Part shown: positions 37,478 to 47,168 of the stretch, piece by piece
Position numbering within the stretch: position 1 is the first letter of the stretch
Layout: each line of letters begins with the position of its first letter
From: an uncultured Candidatus Saccharibacteria bacterium
GTDB taxonomy: Bacteria; Patescibacteriota; Minisyncoccia; Phycocordibacterales; UBA3531
Direction of reading: 5' to 3'
NCBI GenBank assembly: GCA_964361405.1
Contig: CAYIAA010000003.1
Location: 4,146-68,145, forward strand
Length of the DNA: 64,000 nt
Notes under the pieces: generated by a model
The model's input: only the letters and a program-made list of their open reading frames with translations
Database searches by the model: none
Told to the model about the DNA's origin: nothing
Program-made: the position numbers and the translations under genes

Positions 37478-37903
37478 ATGATTGCTATACGCACCCTGTT
37501 AGAAAAGACGACACTGTTCACGGCAAAAATACTGTTGTATATGCTCTTGTTTATTGGTGGCGCAGTTATCTTTATTATGATACTGGCTTCGGTCACTCAA
37601 GGACCGGCGAAAGGTCAGGGGCTTATGGTGCCGTTCGGAGGTGAAATTAGGTCAGTGAGCTACGAATGTTGCTATGGGAGTATAATCACGATTCACGACG
37701 TGAGAACCGATGAGGACATTGAAATGATGCTTTATCCAGGCCTTACACAAGTGTTTCGTGAGTATCAACTGTGGAGTGAGGGGCCCAATACGGTTGGATT
37801 CTATTTTCCATTCGGTATTTGTTTAGACATAAGTGGGCTCTGTTATCAAAGCGTTAGTTATACTGACGGGAGTATATTGGCAGTCGGCACCAGTGAACGC
37901 TAA
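37478..37903 (+). CDS. Exported Cys-containing hypothetical protein
   Basis: N-terminal TM/signal; 'PFGG', four Cys, C-terminal 'VGTS'. Confidence 0.65.
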   Translation: MIAIRTLLEKTTLFTAKILLYMLLFIGGAVIFIMILASVTQGPAKGQGLMVPFGGEIRSVSYECCYGSIITIHDVRTDEDIEMMLYPGLTQVFREYQLWSEGPNTVGFYFPFGICLDISGLCYQSVSYTDGSILAVGTSER

Positions 37904-37928
37904 TGTATGTGACCTAGAAAGGTTTTAA

Positions 37929-37960
37929 CTAAAAGAACCCCCTTGCGGGGGTTCTTTTAG
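37929..37960. terminator. Intrinsic terminator
   Basis: CTAAAAGAACCCCC-ttgc-GGGGGTTCTTTTAG. Confidence 0.75.
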
Positions 37961-38040
37961 TTACAAGGCAACATACTATATCCCGCAAAGCTTTTGTTAT
38001 CCCCACGGAATATGCACTTTTATCGGGTATTAGAGCTACA

Positions 38041-38844
38041 ATGGATGTAATTAGTAAAAGAGAAAAGGCATTGGGGGTTACATTTGTGAAAAAAACCCTA
38101 ATCTTATTGAGTATCACCGCGGTCGCCCTCGTTGGCATATTTTGGTTTATTGGAATATCGAGCCGCATTCCAGGAAAATTCACTTTTAACGCCCAAAAAG
38201 CATCCCAACCGACGAACCCCACGATTACGAGTAGTGGAGAGTTGGCAGAAAAGTGGGAAGAATCTCTTGCCGCAAGCGCTGTCAAGACGAAGACAAATGA
38301 AGTCTCCGCGAAGATAGTCGAATACTTTGTCGAGAGTACAAAAGCATCGGGTGGAACTGATACAGAGAACACGCAAGAATTCGTGGACTCGCTTCTTACG
38401 GAAGCAAGTGAAACAACAGAACCTGTTCGTTACTATACACTCTCCGAGCTCACTATTTCAGACGACGAGAGCCCCGCCGCGCGCCTTCTGTACGACGATG
38501 AGATGTTACAAAGCTACGAAATACATACATATCCCGAGCTCGGAAATGAAGTGGCTCTCTTCCTTGAGACGACACGCGCATCCGCGATACACGCGGACAT
38601 CGTGCGCGTGTACACCGCGCTCACAAAAGCCGAAGCCGCCTACCAGGCTACAGCGGAAACCCTGACGAAGGTTAAGGCTCCGCGTTCGCAGAGTGCTCGC
38701 CATCTCAAGATCGCAAATGCATTTGTGAAACTCTCCGTGAGTGTGCGCGAAATGAAGCGCGGTATTGGCGATCCTATGGGAGGGATTGCTGGTCTTGGTA
38801 TGTATCTCGAGACTGCGCGCAGTCTCCTTGAACTTCAAAAATGA
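38041..38844 (+). CDS. Membrane-anchored hypothetical protein (first gene of T4SS-like operon)
   Basis: N-terminal TM, helical C-terminal domain; tightly coupled to the next gene. Confidence 0.7.
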   Translation: MDVISKREKALGVTFVKKTLILLSITAVALVGIFWFIGISSRIPGKFTFNAQKASQPTNPTITSSGELAEKWEESLAASAVKTKTNEVSAKIVEYFVESTKASGGTDTENTQEFVDSLLTEASETTEPVRYYTLSELTISDDESPAARLLYDDEMLQSYEIHTYPELGNEVALFLETTRASAIHADIVRVYTALTKAEAAYQATAETLTKVKAPRSQSARHLKIANAFVKLSVSVREMKRGIGDPMGGIAGLGMYLETARSLLELQK

Positions 38845-38845
38845 T

Positions 38846-39784
38846 ATGAAGACCGCTTTGAAGAAAATTGTAGCGTTCACCATAGTTCTTAGCACAGTAG
38901 GGAGCGCGTTCATTCCCGCCTTCGCTCCGCGCGCCGGGGCACAGCTCACTGAACTCATCAGCGACGCGGCAACGTGCTATATCGCCGATTCCATCGGGGA
39001 TATCCTGACTGGGCTTTTTGAAAGCAGTGTCGGATTTAACGACACGTCCGGAGCAGAAGTTCCCGTTGCCGACGATGACCTCCAGAGCGCAGCATACACT
39101 ATGCAAAGCAAGGAATTCGGTCTTGACTGTCTCGTCTGGGCCGCATCAAAGGCGGTTCTGGACTCTGTCACGGAATCTGTGCTCAGCTGGGCACAGAGGG
39201 GAAACTGGAACGGCACGCCTTTCTTCGTTGAAGACCCGAGCCAATACTTCTCATCGCTTGAAGACGACGTCAGTAACCTCTTCATTGACGAACTCGCCGA
39301 TGCGGCAACGAACATTTCACCCGATTTTAAGTCCTCCATAATACAGGCAATACAGCTCGATACGGTACGCATTCCTTACCAAGAGTCGTCTCGGTGCACC
39401 GTATGTAATCCTGATGCCTTCATTAATGATCCGGACGGCCAAGGCGGGTGGGACACCTTCCTTGAAATCACATCAAATCCCCAGAACACGCCCTTCGGAG
39501 CCTATTCTCTCGCCACCGCGGAACTCAATCGTCGACAGGTGGTGGTGGCGAAAGAACAGCAAGATTTTCTCGACTGGGGCGGAGGATTCCTGCCTGAACT
39601 TGATCCCAGAACCGGATCGGTGCTCACACCGGGGTCCACGATACGCGATCAACTGACGAAGGTCATCGGCACGGGTCTCACCCAATTAGAAAACTCCGAC
39701 GAACTCGCGGAAATATTGGCAGCTCTCGCCACATCGCTCATCACTACGGTTTTCGGAGGGGGTGGGCTCTTGAATGCAAATTAG
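38846..39784 (+). CDS. Secreted acidic hypothetical protein in T4SS-like operon
   Basis: Signal peptide; 'GGWDTFL...PQNTPFGAY', 'GGGFL', 'TPGSTI'; four Cys. Confidence 0.75.
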   Translation: MKTALKKIVAFTIVLSTVGSAFIPAFAPRAGAQLTELISDAATCYIADSIGDILTGLFESSVGFNDTSGAEVPVADDDLQSAAYTMQSKEFGLDCLVWAASKAVLDSVTESVLSWAQRGNWNGTPFFVEDPSQYFSSLEDDVSNLFIDELADAATNISPDFKSSIIQAIQLDTVRIPYQESSRCTVCNPDAFINDPDGQGGWDTFLEITSNPQNTPFGAYSLATAELNRRQVVVAKEQQDFLDWGGGFLPELDPRTGSVLTPGSTIRDQLTKVIGTGLTQLENSDELAEILAALATSLITTVFGGGGLLNAN

Positions 39785-41501
39785 CATGAAGCCGCGAGCG
39801 AGAGTACTCCTTTTTATCTCACTTACTGCACTAATTTTCCTTGCAGTCTTTGCTCCGGCATTGGTTCATGCTCAAGCCCCAGCAGCAGTACTTGAGGCTC
39901 CGGTGCCGATATCTGGTTTTCCTATAGTTGGCCCCCTTCTTGGAGCGATTGCGGGGGGTGCGGGTAGAATTGTGGTGGGGCTCTTCGACACCGCACTCGC
40001 TATTGTTGTCACAACAACTGGTGGAGGTCTCCTTTTTCTTGCTGGTTTTTTCTTCGACTGGATGGCCACTTTCTCTCTCTTGGGAACGATTTACCAGAGC
40101 GGGCAAGGCAGTATTGTCTATGCGGGTTGGACAATATTTCGTGACCTCGCGAATATTCTTTTCATATTTATTCTCATCTATATCGGCATCGCGACCATTC
40201 TTCGCCTCGCCTCCGCGCAAACCTACCAGCTTTTGGCGCGCGTTATCGTAATTGCCATCCTCATCAACTTCAGTTTAGTAATCACGAGGGTGGTGATAGA
40301 TGCTTCAAATATCCTCGCCCTCACCTTTTACGATGCCTTCCCGCCAAGAAACGATTTCACCAATTTTACGAGCGGAGTATTGTCTGGACTCGGCAACACC
40401 AAGAGTTTATCGTGGCCATTTATAAAATCGTCCGGGGTATTTCGATTTTTTGAATCAAGTCTTTTTGATGGCTGGCTTGCACAACGAACTACTGGTTTTG
40501 GTATTGGAAGCGCTGTAGCTGAAACAGCAGTGTATAACATTTCAGAACTTGTTGTTCTTTTGATTGCGTCTTTTGTGCTTTTTGCCGCGGGGATTCTCTT
40601 TGCGATTCGCACCGTCATTCTCATGATGCTGATGATTCTCTCGCCTGCCGCCTTCGCAATGTACATTCTTCCGGGAACCCAGGGGTATGCAAAGGAGTGG
40701 TGGTCTACGCTCTTAAAACAAGCATTCTTCGCGCCGATATTCTTGGCGCTCTACTATGTCACAGCGCGCATCTTCGGCGCGCTCTTCCAAAGTATTAACA
40801 TAACAAACACTGCAACCAATTTCTACGGCTCAATCGGGACTATTATCATCAACTTCAGTATCGTCACTATTTTCCTCGTATCAACTCTCATCATTTCACA
40901 AAAACTCGGCGCCTACGGAGCAAGCACCTTAATAAAGAGAGGTAAGAAGTTGGGTAACCGTGGCATTGGATTTGCCGCCCGGAATACCATTGGGAGAGTG
41001 GCATATGCATTGAGAGAGTCTGATAGATTCCGGGAATTCGCCGGGCGAAATCCGCGACTTGCCTCCCTTGCGCTCCAGCCAATTGCGTATACTGCCAAGG
41101 CTCCCTTCGGAGGCGGGAAGGGTGGCTTTGAGGGGTCGGTAAAAAGTAGTGCAGGACGAGGCGCTGATATTCTCGAACTTCTCGAAACTGATGCAAAAGG
41201 GAGACAATACTCCACAACCTCAGAGACGGGCGGAGGAATATTGAAAGGTTACTATGGAAAAGATGTTACAAAAGGAGGTAAAAATGTCATGGTCTCAAAA
41301 CAAGTCTGGGGAGCCGCCAGTGAAATCAAGAGGCAGCAAAGTCGTTGGAAAAGGATGCTCATTGGCGGCGAGCGTGTAGACAGGGAGACGATGCGGGCAT
41401 ACACAAAGAAGAAAGGAAAGAGCTCGCTCGAGGAGGCGGCGGAAGAAGCCGGGAAAGCGGCCTCTCAATCTCAAACAGGTGGAGATAATACCACTCCCTA
41501 A
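39774..41501 (+). CDS. VirB6/TrbL-like polytopic membrane protein
   Basis: 'GWTIFRDLANILFIFILIYIG', 'ILINFSL', 'RTVILMMLMILSPAAF..ILP.T....WW..L', many TMs, basic tail. Confidence 0.7.
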   Translation: MQISMKPRARVLLFISLTALIFLAVFAPALVHAQAPAAVLEAPVPISGFPIVGPLLGAIAGGAGRIVVGLFDTALAIVVTTTGGGLLFLAGFFFDWMATFSLLGTIYQSGQGSIVYAGWTIFRDLANILFIFILIYIGIATILRLASAQTYQLLARVIVIAILINFSLVITRVVIDASNILALTFYDAFPPRNDFTNFTSGVLSGLGNTKSLSWPFIKSSGVFRFFESSLFDGWLAQRTTGFGIGSAVAETAVYNISELVVLLIASFVLFAAGILFAIRTVILMMLMILSPAAFAMYILPGTQGYAKEWWSTLLKQAFFAPIFLALYYVTARIFGALFQSINITNTATNFYGSIGTIIINFSIVTIFLVSTLIISQKLGAYGASTLIKRGKKLGNRGIGFAARNTIGRVAYALRESDRFREFAGRNPRLASLALQPIAYTAKAPFGGGKGGFEGSVKSSAGRGADILELLETDAKGRQYSTTSETGGGILKGYYGKDVTKGGKNVMVSKQVWGAASEIKRQQSRWKRMLIGGERVDRETMRAYTKKKGKSSLEEAAEEAGKAASQSQTGGDNTTP

Positions 41502-41510
41502 TCAATATCT

Positions 41511-42275
41511 ATGACAGAAAAAATCGACGATACGACGGTAGAAAAAATAGAAAAAGGTTTCTGGGACCACATTCAATCTTTGAGCCCGGAACTAAGAAAT
41601 TTCATCGCCTCTCCGACAACAATACAGTCCGTGCGGAGGATCGGGAAAGAGTGTGAGCTCTCAGACGCGGATATTGTGGAACTCCTTGATGAGGTCGGTC
41701 TCACCTTAATCGGATTCGGACCTCCTCTAGAATTCAAAATGAGACTCGCAGAACGATTACCGAACCCTGAAAAAGTAGAACTCATTGCAAACCGCATCGA
41801 TGAGGAATTATTTGCGCATGTCCATAACGAACTCGACTCACTCTACAAGGAAACTTCAGACGAAAAACCAAAGCCCAACGAAACAACCCCCGCTCCTGAA
41901 ATATTCAAGGGCGGTGTGGAGCAGTCTTCTCTCACGCCGCCACTCTCTCCACCCCCTCCTGAGGCGCCACTTATTGTGCCTCAACCAGAGAAAGCCCCCA
42001 TTCCAAACGTTCGAAAGTGGCCGGAAGTGCCCTTTCCAGAGGTAGCTTCTCGTCCGCCGATGCCAGAGTGGAAACCAGAAGAACACCTTATCACTCCTCA
42101 TCCATCGCTTCCGGGTGAAAGACCGGACGGAGCGACACAGTTGTTTACAGTAGCGCCACAGCAAAAATCTCCCACGAGTATCTTCGAACAAAAGGTCAGC
42201 GATTTCTATAAAGCGCCGAAGGAAAATGGAGCGAGCGGGGAGATAAAAGACCCGTACCGCGAGCCAACTGTCTAA
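41511..42275 (+). CDS. Hypothetical protein with Pro-rich tail ending DPYREP
   Basis: Helical N-domain, long Pro-rich linker, terminal 'DPYREPTV'. Confidence 0.75.
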   Translation: MTEKIDDTTVEKIEKGFWDHIQSLSPELRNFIASPTTIQSVRRIGKECELSDADIVELLDEVGLTLIGFGPPLEFKMRLAERLPNPEKVELIANRIDEELFAHVHNELDSLYKETSDEKPKPNETTPAPEIFKGGVEQSSLTPPLSPPPPEAPLIVPQPEKAPIPNVRKWPEVPFPEVASRPPMPEWKPEEHLITPHPSLPGERPDGATQLFTVAPQQKSPTSIFEQKVSDFYKAPKENGASGEIKDPYREPTV

Positions 42276-42284
42276 CAAAATACC

Positions 42285-42710
42285 ATGCAATTCAACGTCC
42301 CTCAATTTATTGAAGAAGAGGATAAGATTTTCGGCCCGCTCACACTGAAGCAGTTTATCTATGTCGTCGGCAGTATCGGCGCTGGTATTGTTTTCTGGTC
42401 AATTTTTCCGCCAATCATTGCCATTTTCTTCGCCATTCCCGTAAATGGCCTCGCTATTGTGCTCGCTTTCTACCCAGTGAATAATAGACCTTTTTCTTAC
42501 ATTCTCGAATTCGCCGTCAAATACTTTATAGCCGACAAGCTCTACCTTTGGAGAAAAGAAAAAAAGAAAACTTCAACACTTGAAGAGATTGAGGTTATGG
42601 GGCATGTTACCTCTCCTCGCATAAGTATTCCCAAGATAACGGAGGGAAAATTGGAAGATCTTTCGTGGACGATCGATGTCAAGGAACGCGCAGGAGGGAT
42701 CGCTCTCTAG
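42285..42710 (+). CDS. PrgI family (VirB3-like) protein
   Basis: 'MQFNVPQFIEEEDKIFGPLTLKQF', two TMs, 'NNRPF'. Confidence 0.85.
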   Translation: MQFNVPQFIEEEDKIFGPLTLKQFIYVVGSIGAGIVFWSIFPPIIAIFFAIPVNGLAIVLAFYPVNNRPFSYILEFAVKYFIADKLYLWRKEKKKTSTLEEIEVMGHVTSPRISIPKITEGKLEDLSWTIDVKERAGGIAL

Positions 42711-42717
42711 AAAAATT

Positions 42718-43371
42718 ATGTTACTCTCGTCAAAAAAAACAACACAAACCTTCGTCCCAATCAAAGACATCAAAGACGGCGTCGTGCTCTTTAAAAACGG
42801 TTCAATGAGAATGGTCATCATTGCGTCGTCTATTAACTTCGCTTTAAAGTCAGAGGAAGAACAAACAGCAATACTCCTCCAGTTTCAAAACCTCCTCAAC
42901 TCACTCGATTTCAGTCTTCAAATTCTGGTGCAATCAAAAAAGCTCGATATCAATCCTTACCTCGCTATCTTGCGGGAGCGTAGTGAGGCCCAGACGAATG
43001 AACTCCTGAAAATTCAGACGCGCGAGTATATTGATTTCATTAAAAATTTCACTGATTCGGTCAAAATTATGACGAAGAGTTTCTTCGTCGTCATTCCTTA
43101 TTCTTCTCCGGTCTTTGCTGGAAAAGTCGGACTCTTCAATCGCCTAATCGGAAGAGAGGTGCCGGCTGCCGAGCAAGAAATCGCCGATTCACTCTTCCGA
43201 GAAAGTAGGGTCCAGCTCGACCAGCGTGCCTCAATCGTTGAGCAAGGGCTCCGGGCCTGCGGCATCAGATCCGCGAGACTTGGCACGGAAGAGCTTATCG
43301 AGCTTTACTACAAATCTTTTAACCCGAAAGACATCGGGGGTCCGGTTCCCCAAGATGTCACCCGCGCATAA
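42718..43371 (+). CDS. VirB4-associated protein (TraC/VirB4 N-terminal-like)
   Basis: 'SINFALKSEEEQ', 'LNSLDFSLQI', 'LGTEELIELYY'; lies between prgI-like and virB4-like genes. Confidence 0.7.
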   Translation: MLLSSKKTTQTFVPIKDIKDGVVLFKNGSMRMVIIASSINFALKSEEEQTAILLQFQNLLNSLDFSLQILVQSKKLDINPYLAILRERSEAQTNELLKIQTREYIDFIKNFTDSVKIMTKSFFVVIPYSSPVFAGKVGLFNRLIGREVPAAEQEIADSLFRESRVQLDQRASIVEQGLRACGIRSARLGTEELIELYYKSFNPKDIGGPVPQDVTRA

Positions 43372-43373
43372 CT

Positions 43374-45200
43374 ATGGCTTTACCATTTTTCGGTAAAAAA
43401 AATTCGGGGAGTGAGGAAGATCTCATCACGGGAATATTGCCATCCGAGATGTACGCCAATCCGGCGCTCGAAATTTCGGATATCATCGCTCCGTCGGCAA
43501 TTCGCTTCAGTGCAAGCACGGTCAATATCGGGGGAAAATTTGCGCGCACTCTTTTTGTGGTGTCCTACCCGCGCTTTCTCACCGAAGGATGGCTCTCCCC
43601 AATCATTAACCTCGATAAAGTATTCAACGCTTCTGTCTTTGCGCACCCGGTCGACACCACCCGCGTTCTCCGCCAACTCCAGAAAAAAATCGCGTCGGTT
43701 CAGAGCGAAATATCGACGCGCGAGGAAAAAGGGTTCGTCCGGGACCCGAAACTCGACATCGCAAGGGAGGATATCGAGCGACTCCGCGACCAGCTCCAGC
43801 AGTCACGGGAAAAGCTTTTCAACGTTGGTCTCTATATTACTATCTTCGAAGACTCGGAACGAGAGCTTAATACGAGCGAAGCTGAATTGAAATCGCTTCT
43901 TGAATCAAAGCTTATTTATCTGAAACCGGCTCTTTTTCAGCAGGAAGAAGGGCTTAAGAGTGTCATGCCTTTTTCAACCGACGAACTCCAAGTACACTCG
44001 AAACTCAATTCCTCTCCTCTTTCGAGCTTTTTTCCCTTCACCTCGTTTGACCTGACGTCAAACAAAGGAATTCTCTACGGCGTCAATCGCCACAATTCGA
44101 GTCTCGTTCTCTTCGACCGCTTCTCGCTTGAGAACTACAACTCGATTATTTTTGCAAAATCCGGTTCCGGAAAATCATACATGACCAAGCTTGAAATCCT
44201 GCGTTCTTTGATGTTCGACACCGACATCATCGTCATCGACCCCGAGAATGAGTACGAATATATGTGCGAAGCTGTCGGCGGACGCTACTTTAAAATCTCC
44301 CTCAATTCAGAACACCATATTAATCCTTTCGATTTGCCTATCCCCGGAGAGGATGAGCTCCCGGCGGATATTCTCCGGTCAAATATCATTAACCTCGTCG
44401 GGCTTTTCCGCATCATGCTCGGCGGCTTGACTGCAGAAGAAGACTCCATCATCGACAACGCCATCACCGAAACCTACGCGCTCAAAGATATCACCACTGA
44501 TTCAAATTTCGCCGACATTGAGCCGCCGCTCCTTTCCGACCTTGAAACAGTTCTCGCTGGAATGGATGGTGGTGAGAGTCTCGCACAACGGCTCACAAAA
44601 TATACGCACGGCACGTGGGCTGGTTTCATCAATCGTCCAACGAATGTTGACATCAACAAAAAATTCGTCGTTTTCTCAATCCGCGATATGGAAGACGAGT
44701 TGAAACCTGCGGCAATGTATATCGTTATGCACCATATCTGGAGCGCCATACGGAAAAACTTAAAGAGGCGGCTTCTCGTAATTGACGAGGCGTGGTGGAT
44801 GATGAAATCAGAAAATACGGCATCGTTCATCTTTAGTCTTGCAAAACGCGGAAGGAAATATTACCTCGGGCTTGTCACGATTACGCAGGATGTTGAAGAC
44901 TTTTTGAAATCGCCCTACGGCCTCCCCATCATCACAAATTCATCAATCCAGATACTTTTGAAGCAATCTCCCGCTTCAATAGATGTTGTCCAAAAAACTT
45001 TTAATCTGACAGACGAAGAAAAATATCTCTTGCTTGAATCCGGTGTGGGGGAGGGTATTTTCTTCGCGGGGCTCAAGCACGTCGCCATAAAGGTCATTGC
45101 GTCCTATACCGAGGACCAGCTGATTACCTCCGACCCCTCGCAAATCCTCGCCATTAAAGAGGCGAAGGCGGAATTAAAAACAATCCAACATGGCAAGTGA
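43374..45200 (+). CDS. VirB4/TraE-like secretion ATPase
   Basis: Walker A 'AKSGSGKS', 'IDPENEY', 'INPFD', Walker B 'LLVIDEAW', 'KRGRKY', 'ITQDVEDF'. Confidence 0.9.
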   Translation: MALPFFGKKNSGSEEDLITGILPSEMYANPALEISDIIAPSAIRFSASTVNIGGKFARTLFVVSYPRFLTEGWLSPIINLDKVFNASVFAHPVDTTRVLRQLQKKIASVQSEISTREEKGFVRDPKLDIAREDIERLRDQLQQSREKLFNVGLYITIFEDSERELNTSEAELKSLLESKLIYLKPALFQQEEGLKSVMPFSTDELQVHSKLNSSPLSSFFPFTSFDLTSNKGILYGVNRHNSSLVLFDRFSLENYNSIIFAKSGSGKSYMTKLEILRSLMFDTDIIVIDPENEYEYMCEAVGGRYFKISLNSEHHINPFDLPIPGEDELPADILRSNIINLVGLFRIMLGGLTAEEDSIIDNAITETYALKDITTDSNFADIEPPLLSDLETVLAGMDGGESLAQRLTKYTHGTWAGFINRPTNVDINKKFVVFSIRDMEDELKPAAMYIVMHHIWSAIRKNLKRRLLVIDEAWWMMKSENTASFIFSLAKRGRKYYLGLVTITQDVEDFLKSPYGLPIITNSSIQILLKQSPASIDVVQKTFNLTDEEKYLLLESGVGEGIFFAGLKHVAIKVIASYTEDQLITSDPSQILAIKEAKAELKTIQHGK

Positions 45201-45645
45201 TGAAATGTTAACGGACGATTCCATATTCGAGGATTCCTTCGAGGAATCGGAAAACGAGGATGGAGCTTTGAGAATGGCTTCTCCGCGGATTGAGAGTACG
45301 AGTGCGATGCTTATGCTTGGAACAGCACTTTTTTATGATGGCGTTGAAACCGTGCTTTCGTTGCTTCTTTATGCAATTCCCGTCGTCGGCATAGTGCTCG
45401 AAGCGGGGATGGGACTCATTTTCTCCGGACTTTTCTCGCTTACATTCTATATCTGGTTTAAAATAAAAGGTGTTCGTTTCATGGCGTGGCGGAGAGTTTT
45501 ACCCATACTTGCGGCTGTGGTCATAGAACTCGTCCCCATTCTCGATATTTTGCCTTCGCGAGTGTTGAGCATATTCATCATTATCTTCCTCACACGTCTC
45601 GAGGATAAAACACACGCACGAATTAATCCAAATTTTTTAACCTAG
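45190..45645 (+). CDS. Multi-pass membrane hypothetical protein
   Basis: Acidic N-terminus, 3-4 hydrophobic segments, 'IELVPILDILP'. Confidence 0.7.
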   Translation: MASDEMLTDDSIFEDSFEESENEDGALRMASPRIESTSAMLMLGTALFYDGVETVLSLLLYAIPVVGIVLEAGMGLIFSGLFSLTFYIWFKIKGVRFMAWRRVLPILAAVVIELVPILDILPSRVLSIFIIIFLTRLEDKTHARINPNFLT

Positions 45646-45655
45646 CTCAATCCAG

Positions 45656-46681
45656 ATGAAAGTTCGTATCCTTCTCACCATTCTATTCACGCTTCTCATA
45701 CTCGTTTTCCCTGGGAGTGCCGCAGACGCAGTCGAGGGTACGAGCAATCTGTACAGCGCAGAAGACCTTGTCATCACTATCGTCCCGGAAAACCCCGGTC
45801 CAAATGAAAGTGTTACGCTCTCAACCCAAAATTTTCTGACCAATATCTCAAGGGCTCAAATAACGTGGTACGTTGATGGCGTCCTTAGTGTGAGGGGGGT
45901 TGGCAAAACAAGATTCGAATTTACGACTGGACCAGTGGGCTCACGGAAAACGGTGCGTGCGGTAGTAGAAACCGAGGAGGGGCGGGTCCTTTCAAGAACG
46001 CTTGTTTTTGAACCAGGGGATCTTGATATCCTGTGGGAAGCCAATACCTATACGCCCCCCCTCTACCGAGGTAAGGCCCTCCCGTCCTCGGAGAGTGCCG
46101 TAAAAATTATTGCAATCCCTCGTTTTAGAAACCCTCTCGCCGGCCGTCCGGAAAACACACTGTATGAATGGAAACAAGACGGGAGAAAACTTCTCCTTGA
46201 ATCCGGGCTCGGGAAAAACACTATCACCATAACAAGTGCGCGGCTTATGGGCACAACGGAGATTAGCGCTGTCGTGCGAACACTCGATGATACCGGGGTT
46301 GCCGTAGGCAGTCTTAAACTTCTGAGCGTATTCCCCAAGGTCAGACTCTATGAAGAAGCTGCCATTTCCGGAACTAAATATGCTGAAACGCTCCAGGGTG
46401 CGTTTACGCTCCAAAGCGGGGAAGTCGCCCTCAAAGTTGAGCCGTTCTATTTTTCTTTTGAAGATGTAAAAAATGAAAGTATAGAGTATTTGTGGCGCAT
46501 CAATGGAAAGGAGGCATCGTTCGGGAGAGAAAACCAGCGCGTCGTCGTTCTACGTGTGCCTGATCAGGGCCAGGGTGGCACATCACGAATTAACGTTGAA
46601 ACAAAAAATACAAATAATCCTCTCCAGTTTGTGAAAGATTCTTTCACAGTAACTTTCACCAGAACGCCAAGTGCGTTTTAA
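45656..46681 (+). CDS. Secreted beta-sandwich (Ig-like) repeat protein
   Basis: Signal peptide; three modules with 'W.VDG', 'YEWKQDG', 'YLWRING'; 'TYTPPLYRGKALP'. Confidence 0.75.
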   Translation: MKVRILLTILFTLLILVFPGSAADAVEGTSNLYSAEDLVITIVPENPGPNESVTLSTQNFLTNISRAQITWYVDGVLSVRGVGKTRFEFTTGPVGSRKTVRAVVETEEGRVLSRTLVFEPGDLDILWEANTYTPPLYRGKALPSSESAVKIIAIPRFRNPLAGRPENTLYEWKQDGRKLLLESGLGKNTITITSARLMGTTEISAVVRTLDDTGVAVGSLKLLSVFPKVRLYEEAAISGTKYAETLQGAFTLQSGEVALKVEPFYFSFEDVKNESIEYLWRINGKEASFGRENQRVVVLRVPDQGQGGTSRINVETKNTNNPLQFVKDSFTVTFTRTPSAF

Positions 46682-46696
46682 CCACAGCAACTAATA

Positions 46697-47134
46697 ATGA
46701 AACTCGTTAGTCACATCGTTCTTGTCCTTTTGATGCTCATAACTGTCTTCGCCGTAAGTCCAGAAGCGAGAGCACAAACGTATACATTTCTTGAGCCTTT
46801 GCCATCCTCCGGTAACGGGCTCACTGGAGTGGAAGAACGAGCCGGACTTTTTGGGCGTTACGCAAAAAATGCTTTTAACGTGAGCATTGGCGCGGCCGGC
46901 ATCTTGGCAGTACTTATGATGGTGGTAGCGGGGCTACAGTACACACTCTCCTACGCGAGTGAGTCACAAAAAACCGATGCGCGAGACAGGATTAATGCCG
47001 CAATAACAGGGCTCTTGATTGTTATAAGTGCCTACCTTGTGCTCTATACCATTAACCCCGATCTTGTCCGCTTGGGACTAAACGTTCCCTGTGTCACCGA
47101 CCCCTTGGTCTCACCCCCTGACTGTCCATCCTGA
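46697..47134 (+). CDS. VirB2/TrbC-like pilin
   Basis: Signal peptide; two TMs 'GILAVLMMVVAGLQY' and 'ARDRINAAITGLLIVISAYLVLYTINPDL'. Confidence 0.7.
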   Translation: MKLVSHIVLVLLMLITVFAVSPEARAQTYTFLEPLPSSGNGLTGVEERAGLFGRYAKNAFNVSIGAAGILAVLMMVVAGLQYTLSYASESQKTDARDRINAAITGLLIVISAYLVLYTINPDLVRLGLNVPCVTDPLVSPPDCPS

Positions 47135-47168
47135 TTCCTAACATGAATAACAAAAGAGCGTCTATCGT